NCBI GenBank assembly: GCA_964016885.1
Contig: OZ024747.1
Coordinates: 38,440,001-38,504,000, forward strand
From: Eledone cirrhosa
Taxonomy: Eukaryota
Direction: 5' to 3'
DNA: 64,000 bases
The notes beneath the pieces are model-generated. The model saw only the letters and a program-made list of their open reading frames with translations, was not told the origin of the DNA and ran no database searches. A program made the translations under genes and the position numbers. Positions 1-11,960 of the stretch are shown piece by piece; position 1 is the stretch's first letter; the number at the start of each line of letters is the position of its first letter.

Positions 1-3000
1 TAGAGTCCTTGCGAGGTCTGCCGACTTATCAAGAGGATACCTCATTTTACTAGTCTCAAGAACGCGTCTACACGACGTGAGAAAGAATCCCAAAAGGCGG
101 AGGGGGAGATAGTCACGCGATATAACGGTCGAGAAACAGAGCTAAGCCTCTTATAACCACGAAGAAAATACCACGGAGGCGGAGGGGGTATTCATATCGA
201 GGCCGCAGAAGAGGTAGTGAAGAAGGCGAGAAGTATGAGTAATGGAAGCTTTCCAGTTGTCCCCACACTTCAAAGATTGCTCGACCAGAGGGAGTTAATA
301 TATTTAGAAACACACAGATACATGCGGACACACACATATATACATGAATGCATCCGCACCCAACTGTGAGTTAAGGGTGCCAACTTCACCGATGTTGCTC
401 AATGAATGACTGGGACAGACCAATTCAGTTTGAACCGGACTGAACCAGTATCAGAGTTAAAAATACATTATGAAGAGAGAAGAAACATTTAGATATAATT
501 AGTAATAAAATGTATCATACCTAAACTGTTCCTAAATTCCTCGACTACGTAGTTTCGTGGCATAAACAAAAACAATATATCAAAGATATAGAGTCCTTGC
601 GAGGTCTGCCGACTTATCAAGAGGATACCTCATTTTACTAGTCTCAAGAACGCGTCTACACGACGTGAGAAAGAATCCCAAAAGGCGGAGGGGGAGATAG
701 TCACGCGATATAACGGTCGAGAAACAGAGCTAAGCCTCTTATAACCACGAAGAAAATACCACGGAGGCGGAGGGGGTATTCATATCGAGGCCGCAGAAGA
801 GGTAGTGAAGAAGGCGGGAAGTATGAGTAATGGAAGCTTTCCAGTTGTCCCCACACTTCAAAGATTGCTCGACCAGAGGGAGTTAATATATTTAGAAACA
901 CACAGATACATGCGGACACACACATATATACATGAATGCATCCGCATCCAACTGTGAGTTAAGGGTGCCAACTTCACCGATGTTGCTCAATGAATGACTG
1001 GGACAGACCAATTCAGTTTGAACCGGACTGAACCAGTATCAGAGTTAAAAATACATTATGAAGAGAGAAGAAACATTTAGATATAATTAGTAATAAAATG
1101 TATCATACCTAAACTGTTCCTAAATTCCTCGACTACGTAGTTTCGTGGCATAAACAAAAACAATATATCAAAGATATAGAGTCCTTGCGAGGTCTGCCGA
1201 CTTATCAAGAGGATACCTCATTTTACTAGTCTCAAGAACGCGTCTACACGACGTGAGAAAGAATCCCAAAAGGCGGAGGGGGAGATAGTCACGCGATATA
1301 ACGGTCGAGAAACAGAGCTAAGCCTCTTATAACCACGAAGAAAATACCACGGAGGCGGAGGGGGTATTCATATCGAGGCCGCAGAAGAGGTAGTGAAGAA
1401 GGCGAGAAGTATGAGTAATGGAAGCTTTCCAGTTGTCCCCACACTTCAAAGATTGCTCGACCAGAGAGAGTTAATATATTTAGAAACACACAGATACATG
1501 CGGACACACACATATATACATGAATGCATCCGCACCCAACTGTGAGTTAAGGGTGCCAACTTCACCGATGTTGCTCAATGAATGACTGGGACAGACCAAT
1601 TCAGTTTGAACCGGACTGAACCAGTATCAGAGTTAAAAATACATTATGAAGAGAGAAGAAACATTTAGATATAATTAGTAATAAAATGTATCATACCTAA
1701 ACTGTTCCTAAATTCCTCGACTACGTAGTTTCGTGGCATAAACAAAAACAATATATCAAAGATATAGAGTCCTTGCGAGGTCTGCCGACTTATCAAGAGG
1801 ATACCTCATTTTACTAGTCTCAAGAACGCGTCTACACGACGTGAGAAAGAATCCCAAAAGGCGGAGGGGGAGATAGTCACGCGATATAACGATCGAGAAA
1901 CAGAGCTAAGCCTCTTATAACCACGAAGAAAATACCACGGAGGCGGAGGGGGTATTCATATCGAGGCCGCAGAAGAGGTAGTGAAGAAGGCGAGAAGTAT
2001 GAGTAATGGAAGCTTTCCAGTTGTCCCCACACTTCAAAGATTGCTCGACCAGAGGGAGTTAATATATTTAGAAACACACAGATACATGCGGACACACACA
2101 TATATACATGAATGCATCCGCACCCAACTGTGAGTTAAGGGTGCCAACTTCACCGATGTTGCTCAATGAATGACTGGGACAGACCAATTCAGTTTGAACC
2201 GGACTGAACCAGTATCAGAGTTAAAAATACATTATGAAGAGAGAAGAAACATTTAGATATAATTAGTAATAAAATGTATCATACCTAAACTGTTCCTAAA
2301 TTCCTCGACTACGTAGTTTCGTGGCATAAACAAAAACAATATATCAAAGATATAGAGTCCTTGCGAGGTCTGCCGACTTATCAAGAGGATACCTCATTTT
2401 ACTAGTCTCAAGAACGCGTCTACACGACGTGAGAAAGAATCCCAAAAGGCGGAGGGGGAGATAGTCACGCGATATAACGGTCGAGAAACAGAGCTAAGCC
2501 TCTTATAACCACGAAGAAAATACCACGGAGGCGGAGGGGGTATTCATATCGAGGCCGCAGAAGAGGTATTGAAGAAGGCGAGAAGTATGAGTAATGGAAG
2601 CTTTCCAGTTGTCCCCACACTTCAAAGATTGCTCGACCAGAGGGAGTTAATATATTTAGAAACACACAGATACATGCGGACACACACATATATACATGAA
2701 TGCATCCGCACCCAACTGTGAGTTAAGGGTGCCAACTTCACCGATGTTGCTCAATGAATGACTGGGACAGACCAATTCAGTTTGAACCGGACTGAACCAG
2801 TATCAGAGTTAAAAATACATTATGAAGAGAGAAGAAACATTTAGATATAATTAGTAATAAAATGTATCATACCTAAACTGTTCCTAAATTCCTCGACTAC
2901 GTAGTTTCGTGGCATAAACAAAAACAATATATCAAAGATATAGAGTCCTTGCGAGGTCTGCCGACTTATCAAGAGGATACCTCATTTTACTAGTCTCAAG

Positions 3001-3119
3001 AACGCGTCTACACGACGTGAGAAAGAATCCCAAAAGGCGGAGGGGGAGATAGTCACGCGATATAACGGTCGAGAAACAGAGCTAAGCCTCTTATAACCAC
3101 GAAGAAAATACCACGGAGG
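1..3119 (-). repeat. 588-bp tandem array, left arm (about 5.3 units, runs off the window start); HHR-sense strand is minus
   Basis: Exact 588-bp periodicity (tagagtcctt at 1, 589, 1177, 1765, 2353, 2941); only isolated substitutions between units. Confidence 0.98.
534..631 (-). ncRNA. Type I hammerhead ribozyme, U3-A8 variant (also - 1122-1219, 1710-1807, 2298-2395, 2886-2983)
   Basis: Reverse complement of the motif at 3671-3768, present once per left-arm unit. Confidence 0.8.
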
Positions 3120-5597
3120 ACTCTATATCTTTGATATATTGTTTTTGTTTATGCCACGAAACTACGTAGTCGAGGAATTTAGGAACAGTTTAGGTATGAT
3201 ACATTTTATTACTAATTATATCTAAATGTTTCTTCTCTCTTCATAATGTATTTTTAACTCTGATACTGGTTCAGTCCGGTTCAAACTGAATTGGTCTGTC
3301 CCAGTCATTCATTGAGCAACATCGGTGAAGTTGGCACCCTTAACTCACAGTTGGGTGCGGATGCATTCATGTATATATGTGTGTGTCCGCATGTATCTGT
3401 GTGTTTCTAAATATATTAACTCCCTCTGGTCGAGCAATCTTTGAAGTGTGGGGACAACTGGAAAGCTTCCATTACTCATACTTCTCGCCTTCTTCACTAC
3501 CTCTTCTGCGGCCTCGATATGAATACCCCCTCCGCCTCCGTGGTATTTTCTTCGTGGTTATAAGAGGCTTAGCTCTGTTTCTCGATCGTTATATCGCGTG
3601 ACTATCTCCCCCTCCGCCTTTTGGGATTCTTTCTCACGTCGTGTAGACGCGTTCTTGAGACTAGTAAAATGAGGTATCCTCTTGATAAGTCGGCAGACCT
3701 CGCAAGGACTCTATATCTTTGATATATTGTTTTTGTTTATGCCACGAAACTACGTAGTCGAGGAATTTAGGAACAGTTTAGGTATGATACATTTTATTAC
3801 TAATTATATCTAAATGTTTCTTCTCTCTTCATAATGTATTTTTAACTCTGATACTGGTTCAGTCCGGTTCAAACTGAATTGGTCTGTCCCAGTCATTCAT
3901 TGAGCAACATCGGTGAAGTTGGCACCCTTAACTCACAGTTGGGTGCGGATGCATTCATGTATATATGTGTGTGTCCGCATGTATCTGTGTGTTTCTAAAT
4001 ATATTAACTCCCTCTGGTCGAGCAATCTTTGAAGTGTGGGGACAACTGGAAAGCTTCCATTACTCATACTTCTCGCCTTCTTCACTACCTCTTCTGCGGC
4101 CTCGATATGAATACCCCCTCCGCCTCCGTGGTATTTTCTTCGTGGTTATAAGAGGCTTAGCTCTGTTTCTCGACCGTTATATCGCGTGACTATCTCCCCC
4201 TCCGCCTTTTGGGATTCTTTCTCACGTCGTGTAGACGCGTTCTTGAGACTAGTAAAATGAGGTATCCTCTTGATAAGTCGGCAGACCTCGCAAGGACTCT
4301 ATATCTTTGATATATTGTTTTTGTTTATGCCACGAAACTACGTAGTCGAGGAATTTAGGAACAGTTTAGGTATGATACATTTTATTACTAATTATATCTA
4401 AATGTTTCTTCTCTCTTCATAATGTATTTTTAACTCTGATACTGGTTCAGTCCGGTTCAAACTGAATTGGTCTGTCCCAGTCATTCATTGAGCAACATCG
4501 GTGAAGTTGGCACCCTTAACTCACAGTTGGGTGCGGATGCATTCATGTATATATGTGTGTGTCCGCATGTATCTGTGTGTTTCTAAATATATTAACTCCC
4601 TCTGGTCGAGCAATCTTTGAAGTGTGGGGACAACTGGAAAGCTTCCATTACTCATACTTCTCGCCTTCTTCACTACCTCTTCTGCGGCCTCGATATGAAT
4701 ACCCCCTCCGCCTCCGTGGTATTTTCTTCGTGGTTATAAGAGGCTTAGCTCTGTTTCTCGACCGTTATATCGCGTGACTATCTCCCCCTCCGCCTTTTGG
4801 GATTCTTTCTCACGTCGTGTAGACGCGTTCTTGAGACTAGTAAAATGAGGTATCCTCTTGATAAGTCGGCAGACCTCGCAAGGACTCTATATCTTTGATA
4901 TATTGTTTTTGTTTATGCCACGAAACTACGTAGTCGAGGAATTTAGGAACAGTTTAGGTATGATACATTTTATTACTAATTATATCTAAATGTTTCTTCT
5001 CTCTTCATAATGTATTTTTAACTCTGATACTGGTTCAGTCCGGTTCAAACTGAATTGGTCTGTCCCAGTCATTCATTGAGCAACATCGGTGAAGTTGGCA
5101 CCCTTAACTCACAGTTGGGTGCGGATGCATTCATGTATATATGTGTGTGTCCGCATGTATCTGTGTGTTTCTAAATATATTAACTCCCTCTGGTCGAGCA
5201 ATCTTTGAAGTGTGGGGACAACTGGAAAGCTTCCATTACTCATACTTCTCGCCTTCTTCACTACCTCTTCTGCGGCCTCGATATGAATACCCCCTCCGCC
5301 TCCGTGGTATTTTCTTCGTGGTTATAAGAGGCTTAGCTCTGTTTCTCGACCGTTATATCGCGTGACTATCTCCCCCTCCACCTTTTGGGATTCTTTCTCA
5401 CGTCGTGTAGACGCGTTCTTGAGACTAGTAAAATGAGGTATCCTCTTGATAAGTCGGCAGACCTCGCAAGGACTCTATATCTTTGATATATTGTTTTTGT
5501 TTATGCCACGAAACTACGTAGTCGAGGAATTTAGGAACAGTTTAGGTATGATACACTTTATTACTAATTATATCTAAATGTTTCTTCTCTCTTCATA

Positions 5598-5603
<6 letters not shown>
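3117..5603 (+). repeat. 588-bp tandem array, inverted right arm (about 4.2 units), ending in (TA)n
   Basis: Reverse complement of the left-arm unit with 588-bp period; junction ccacggAGG/AGGactctat at 3117-3119; followed by (TA)n to 5650. Confidence 0.98.
3671..3768 (+). ncRNA. Type I hammerhead ribozyme, U3-A8 variant (also + 4259-4356, 4847-4944, 5435-5532)
   Basis: Stem I TCCTC(3677-81)/GAGGA(3760-64); core TTGATAA 3682-88; stem II GT(C)GGCA/TGCCAC; GAAA 3746-49; palindromic stem III ACTACGTAGT; GTC cleavage triplet ending at 3759. Confidence 0.8.
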
Positions 5604-5650
<47 letters not shown>

Positions 5651-5653
<3 letters not shown>

Positions 5654-5951
5654 GGCAGTGGAAACATTTCTGAATTAGGGTGGAGGTTCAAATTTTGTCA
5701 ATTCAGTTGTAGTAATTAGTTTACATCTTTGCACTCTAAAATGTTCAGAAAATGCAATTTGAGTCCAAGCAGGTCATTTAGATCTTTCAATAATTATATA
5801 GTGATTATAGCAAAATCACTTCTGAAATTGTAACATTAACATATATACAAATAGATGCGTGTGTTAGTAGGTTGAGAGAAAAATATAATTTTTTTTTTTT
5901 TTGGGGGGGGAGGTCATTGTCTCCTCCCCCCCCCTAGTTTTACCACCCCTG
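5651..5951. mobile_element. Possible hAT-like MITE inside (TA)n
   Basis: Imperfect terminal inverted repeats cagggcagtggaaac / gttttaccacccctg; TA repeats on both sides. Confidence 0.4.
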
Positions 5952-6133
5952 ATATATATATACGAGGTCGACTGATTATAATGGAACGATGGTAGAGCCG
6001 TGAAACCTTGCATGCTTTTATTTCAACTCTTCTTATTAATAGCGGTATTGTTTCCTTCCAAGGATTATGTTGAAAAATAAACCTCATTTCGTCATTTCAT
6101 GAGAGTATCTTGGTCTGCCTATATGTGCGTTTG

Positions 6134-6175
6134 AGTGTGTGTGTGTGTGTGTGTGTGTGTTTGTGTGTGTGTGTA

Positions 6176-6210
<35 letters not shown>

Positions 6211-6240
6211 ATGTGTGTGTGTGTGTGTGTTTGTGTGTAA
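6134..6240. repeat. (GT)n microsatellite
   Basis: Visible dinucleotide run. Confidence 0.95.
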
Positions 6241-6344
6241 ATATGTGTGTTTAGAGTTGTTTGATGTTTGTATGAGAGCTAACAACGGAATTGAAATATT
6301 GGAGACCAACTTATATACGTACGTACATCGTATGTATATATAAA

Positions 6345-6502
6345 CATTAGACGCCATTATATTTCTAAGAGTTACGGCCCTTTATGGTCAGAGTTCAAAT
6401 CCGACCGAGGTTAACTTTGCCATTCATCCTTACGAGGTCGATAAAATAAAGTACCAGTAATGTACTGGGTAATTGCTGGCCTTGTGTCAAAAGTAGAAAC
6501 AG
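6345..6502 (+). mobile_element. tRNA-derived SINE family 1, 5'-truncated
   Basis: B box gagttcaaatcc plus conserved cattcatccttacgaggtcgataaaataaagtacc body shared with the copies at 14309 and 15394. Confidence 0.85.
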
Positions 6503-7376
6503 TTATATGTCTATATTTGATGAGATTCAAAGTCACTTAGCTATTAAGAAGTTTTGTCATCAAAATTGGTCAATATATATTCAGATGAGGGGAATATATG
6601 AATATTTTTTTAAATTATTATTATGAAATGTAGTAGGTAGTGGATTGTCAATATCGGTTGATACTCAATCGGTCATGAGATGTACGTATATAATACAAAA
6701 CAAGTCCCCAATCATTTTTGCAGGATATTTTATATATTTTCGACTGTTTGATCAATTATATCGTCTTCTCCTATAGAGGAGGAAAAATAAATTATAGTTA
6801 CGCTACACGAAGTTCATGTGCATCTTATTGTGACCTTACACCCTTATTGAGGCAGTACGTGGGCCGAGAATACCAGACTGTTCAGATTCAACAACAAAAT
6901 TATCACAATACTGTGGAGAAAAGAAACCGGTCTGTATTATTGTATCCGCTAAGCTTCCGTGGAGGAAAGTGGTGCTATATATCGCGTTTGATTTCATAAT
7001 CTTGAAATATGTGCACAGAATAACTCAGGGCAAATTCTGTTAACGCAAAAAAACACATTTAATATATCTATATTAAGATTCTTACCTAAAAAAACCGGTT
7101 GTATTATTCGCCAAAGACATTCGTCTATTTTTTTTATATCATCCATGAAGCTCTCTCTATCCTAACGGCTACCAATTTATGCTGAGCTCTTTGTCACAAA
7201 TTTAAAGGGAAACTTTCGGGTTATTAATGTATGAACTTTCAATTCTATTTTCTGCATTGCCACCTTGTATTTTTCTTATCTAGCTATCTGTTTGTATGTC
7301 TCTCTTTCTGTCTGCCTCCCCCTTTCTTTTTCGCTCTATCACTCCCTTTATCTCTCCCTCCCCGTCTCTCACAATG

Positions 7377-7409
<33 letters not shown>

Positions 7410-8499
7410 ATATCAATTTCATTTTATCTTTCGCTTATATATATATATAAAGGGAGAGATAGTGAGCACCGAGATATTAAGCGAAAGATAAAATGAAATT
7501 GAAGAGTAGATAGCTAAACATGTAGACAAATATATATATATATAAATATATATACGCATGGAATCAGCTAATTTAATATGTACCTTAAATAGCTTCAATG
7601 TTGTTTACAAACATAAAAACATGAACAAATTTTAACGTATTCTATGAAAGCATTTTTGCGAAAAATGAAAGGAAATCATTTTAGAAGGAAATTATATATG
7701 TATTTAAATGCCTTCATTTTGATAGTCTTTAGAATCTATGTTATTTTCTCCAATATTATTTTATTTTCTGCTATTTACAATAAGAAATAGAAGTATACAT
7801 TGCTGAAGGCATTAACTATAATTCTTTTTTCCAGCAACAAAATCCTCTAGAAAATTCAATTATTTAGAAAATTCTTAAGTATCAAACATGGTTTGATTAT
7901 ATTCTAAAGAAAATGTTTTTTTTAATATCACATTATTATTTTCCATTATCTTTGAATTCTATTTAATACTATATTTAAAAGAAACAGCACCAGGATTTTC
8001 TAGCTTTGTTCTACAGATGATGAAATCTATAAAACTTCGGGAAGCGTAAAGTCACAATAAAATGCTTATGGACTTCGAATAGTGTAACTATCATTTATTT
8101 TGTCTCTATACGAGAAAAGGATGAAGTTGATCAAACCGTCAAAAATATCTTTTTAAATGTATTGACACAAGAAAGGATGAAAATAATTATGTTTGAATAT
8201 TTATTGACCACAGAAAAGGGAATGTATTATCTTGATAAAAAACAAGTCTTCTTTTCAAATGTTTCAAAAACCTCATTTTCTTCATTCTATGTAAAATATG
8301 AATATATGTGAATTGATAGGTAGTTTCATTTGCGATGTATGCTATTAGTGCCAGAATCTTCGTCAGTATGTAAATGCGATGCTAGCCCATTGTTGTGGAA
8401 GATCGCCTTCCAAAGAGGTAATAGAAACAATACTTTCTTAACTACTCATTATTCAATATTCAATGCATTTTACGTGAACTCCGTAGACGCGAGGCCTAT

Positions 8500-8770
8500 T
8501 TGTAAGGGTGTTGAACGTACGCTAATATTGTCGTGGGTTAGATGATTCCTGAACTTAGTTGTGTGTTATGTTCTTGAGAAAAACTCTTCATTTCGCGTTG
8601 CTCCAATCTACTCAGCTGTAAATGAGTATCAACAATAACTTGGGGTGTTTACTCTACGATAGACTAGCGTCTTGTCCAGATGGGGAGACTTGTACATTCA
8701 GTCGCTTAACGCCACGGGAACCGGGAAAATTAGCACCAACCTGGTGACCCTCGGGCTCAAGAAAGATTTT
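8500..8770 (+). mobile_element. tRNA-derived SINE family 2 (V/CORE-like domain), decayed
   Basis: ctcagctgtaaatgagta...cgatagactagcgtcttgtccag motif; related copies on the minus strand at 9190 and 39430. Confidence 0.65.
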
Positions 8771-9189
8771 AGACTTTATGTGCACTTGAAACTACTATTC
8801 TTGTGTATATATATACATATATTCATGTATATATATATATACATATGACCAAACCAGGCACATTTTGTTTTTCAATTATTGAAAAATATTGCAATATCCA
8901 CTTAGTTCCTTGCAAAACACTTATAATAGTTTAGTTCAGTATAACGTCCAATGAATGGAAATAATTGTAGCACAGTTATTTCATAGTTTAATGGCTGACG
9001 TTTATTCTAAATAATTTCTGTTCTCAAGTGAGTATACTTCACAAATGGGCAGAAGAAAATCATTACTTTCTAGCGTTCAACGAGCCGGATAATACATATA
9101 TATGACACATATAGGGCCCATATTAAGTAATCGCCCCAGAGAAAGATACCTCTAGAGATGATTGAGGCTAAAGTTTGTCTCGCGCACGG

Positions 9190-9420
9190 AGGCTCATCAT
9201 GCCGGTGTTCCACCTGGTTTCCGTGGCGTTAATTGACTGATGGTCGAAGACTCCCTCTGTACAGGACATCTGTCCATCACAGGGCTAATATCCATTTTCA
9301 GATGAGTAAAATGGAGCAATATGAAATGAAGGATTTGCTCAAGAACGCAATGCAAAACTCAGTTCAGGAATCGAACCTATGACCTTATGATCGTAGCTCC
9401 AACACATTTTCCACGGTATC
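9190..9420 (-). mobile_element. SINE family 2 copy
   Basis: Reverse-strand B box (ggttcgattcc) and body similar to 8500-8770. Confidence 0.65.
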
Positions 9421-9910
9421 ATCTAAAGCATCACATATCCTGCAGCACATTCCTACAATACGCAAAGAGCTGCACGTAGCAGGGTCATAGTACTTTATTG
9501 CGGTTAATGAATAGTGTGTTCTGAAATCATCAACTTTTAGAGAAGTCGCCCCCACAAAATCAACTCGATGTAAAGACAGTACAGCAAAACATTGTTCGTA
9601 ATACACTGGCAAAACATTTGTTATATATGCAAACTATCTTCCTTATATCCTATCATACAATCTGCTGTCAGGTAGTCATACAATGAAAGGCAGATGTTAG
9701 CGAGAAATATAACTATTATTAAAATCCCAATTAACAGACTAATTCTATTTAGTCAAATACAGCATAAGCACATGTTACTATCTAATTTTCAAATTCCCTA
9801 GCAGTTTGTAAACAAATCATGCTTTGCGTCTCCCTATTTATAACTATTATTGTTATTTCTCCATGCATGTTTCTTTTGTATAATATGATTGTTTCATTTC
9901 TTCTTACAAG

Positions 9911-11164
9911 GTTAAAGAATTAACTTTAATGCGTGCGTGGAAGAAAGACAATATAGAGAAAGAGAAGATGCTTGAATTTAAAAGTCAACAATTAGAGCAG
10001 TTTCATGAATTCAAAATGAATATGAATGTCAAAGATAATGAAATTGAAGAACTAAAAATGAGAGCCGATCAGTATAAATCCGCATATTATAATCTGCAGT
10101 TGAAAGTAAACGCTTTTGAGAAAGACATCTCTAGTTTAAAAGCAAAACACAGAGAGGATCTAATGATACAAATACGTTCTAATAGGGCAACTGAATCCAC
10201 AAAAGAACGACTCGCAGGCAAATTAACTTCTGCTGAATTTCTTCTTCGGAATATTCATAAATATATTTCACAAACTATATCTCTGAAGCCAAGAACAAAA
10301 GATATAGAAGAAATAGCTTTAGTAGAAAATGAATTTGCATTCCTTTGGGATGATTTTGAAACATTTTACCACGTGTTTCTTGATCTCCAAGAAACTCAAA
10401 AACATTACAAAGAATTGCACCAAGAAAATGAATGGGTTTTAACATATCTTGGATTTGCTCCGCAGAAGCAAAATACACCAAATCTTGTAAATGCATTTAA
10501 GGATTTTGCTTCCCATTCAGAACAGAATGTCCTAAACCTAAAAAAGGATATCAACATGAAGAACCAGCTTCTTCGTGACAAAAATACTTTGATTAAAAAT
10601 CTATTACATTATAAAGAAATAAGCAAGGAGTCTACACAACCAAATAAAGTGCATTCGTTAAAGACAATGGCAATGAGTCTCATTCGCCAGCAAATTAATG
10701 TATCTCTGGATGACGTTCAAGAAAACAGTGAGAAAGTAAAGGAATCCGTAATTAGAAGTAGTAGAGAAAGACATTGGAAGAACTACAGAGAAGACAAAAT
10801 AGTGAATACATTATCCAAAAGGAAGGTGAAACCACATAAAATTGCTCGAAAAAGTGAAGACAAAAATGAAGCAAATATATTACCTGGTAGATCTAGGTGT
10901 GAAATAAAACAAGAAACAAAAATAAACGAATTTACTGAACAGAAGCTATCTAGCTTACCTTCTATTGATAATGCTGTACTTTCGCAGACCAATTCTCGTT
11001 ATCAACGCCAGACAAAAGGTTTCAGTTTGAGAAATAGCAAAATGTCGACAAATATGGCGTATAATCATAATTTAAATACCAGGCAGTCGTCAACACCTCT
11101 ACTCGACGGATTGACCACTAATTCAATAAGAATCTTTACAGAAAAACATGGCAAAAATGACTGA
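9911..11164 (+). CDS. Probable terminal coding exon of a host coiled-coil protein (about 417 codons), family not recognised
   Basis: Uninterrupted 411-aa ORF in AT-rich DNA; E/K/L-rich heptad-like N-terminal half and basic S/T-rich tail; polypyrimidine tract + AG acceptor (tttcttcttacaag|GTT) 18 nt upstream of and in frame with the ATG at 9929. Confidence 0.7.
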   Translation, partial: VKELTLMRAWKKDNIEKEKMLEFKSQQLEQFHEFKMNMNVKDNEIEELKMRADQYKSAYYNLQLKVNAFEKDISSLKAKHREDLMIQIRSNRATESTKERLAGKLTSAEFLLRNIHKYISQTISLKPRTKDIEEIALVENEFAFLWDDFETFYHVFLDLQETQKHYKELHQENEWVLTYLGFAPQKQNTPNLVNAFKDFASHSEQNVLNLKKDINMKNQLLRDKNTLIKNLLHYKEISKESTQPNKVHSLKTMAMSLIRQQINVSLDDVQENSEKVKESVIRSSRERHWKNYREDKIVNTLSKRKVKPHKIARKSEDKNEANILPGRSRCEIKQETKINEFTEQKLSSLPSIDNAVLSQTNSRYQRQTKGFSLRNSKMSTNMAYNHNLNTRQSSTPLLDGLTTNSIRIFTEKHGKND

Positions 11165-11654
11165 CAAGATGGTTTCATTTTAGTACGCTTGGAAAAAAGA
11201 TTCTATCTCACGCTGACGCATTAACAAACGTTCTTAGATGTGTCTGTCTGTTTCTATGTTTACGTTCGTTCATTGTATTATAAGTACATTAGATTAGGAT
11301 AACAGAACATTCGAAAGAAGAGAACATTGCTTTATATAATCTGGAGCCTTGCTTAGTAGTATCATACTTAATTAACTAACTGTATTCAGGATATTTCTTG
11401 GTGCTGTCATACAACTTAGAGCATTTACAAAGAATTAGAGAGATGAGTAAACAAAAAAGACATTGAAGATCTTCACACGTTTATAAGTGACACATTTATA
11501 TCCACTTAGAGATACACTTTACAGAAATTCATTGAGGCATATGTGAAATAATTATGGCTAGTTGATTAGTGTTCTTCTTCTTTGACTGTAGAGAATATTA
11601 ATGAAGGGGGATGTAATTCAATTCGAAGGTATAATTAGATAACAACAACAACAA

Positions 11655-11960
11655 GACTATACCCTCCAATAGAAATGTGTCAGCAAATGAGTATGAAACA
11701 ATTACAAAATATGACGATCTAGAATTTGAGATGAACCGAATATGGCACCTTAAAACTCAAACCATACCGGAAGTGTTAGGAGCTCTAGGTGTCATAAAAA
11801 CGGTGTTCAAATGTTTCTACAAAACATACCTGATACAGCTAGCATTTATGAAATCCAAAAGATAGTTCTAACAAGTACCGCCCATCTACTGCGTAAATAT
11901 TTGTCTCTATAACAGATCTGAACCCACAATCTTTTCTGATTAATTTTATAGTAAATTTAA
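11655..11960 (+). mobile_element. Decayed 3' fragment of an R4/Dong-like RLE LINE
   Basis: KYDDLEFEMNRIWHLKTQTIPEVLGALG matches the RLE C-terminus of the other R4-like copies (KYKDLEIEIGKMW...IPVVVGALG). Confidence 0.75.

Noticed and set aside
113-5365. Repeated 74-aa ORF in every 588-bp unit; unit length divisible by 3 (possible rolling-circle translation)
   Set aside because: No recognisable domain, it starts in a (TG)-rich tract, and its conservation simply reflects unit identity. This frame hits TGA and then TAG, so it is not endless; other frames were not fully checked.
1-5603. CRISPR array or rDNA/5S/snRNA tandem cluster
   Set aside because: Units are identical over their whole length with no unique spacers, and I recognise no rRNA, tRNA or snRNA sequence.
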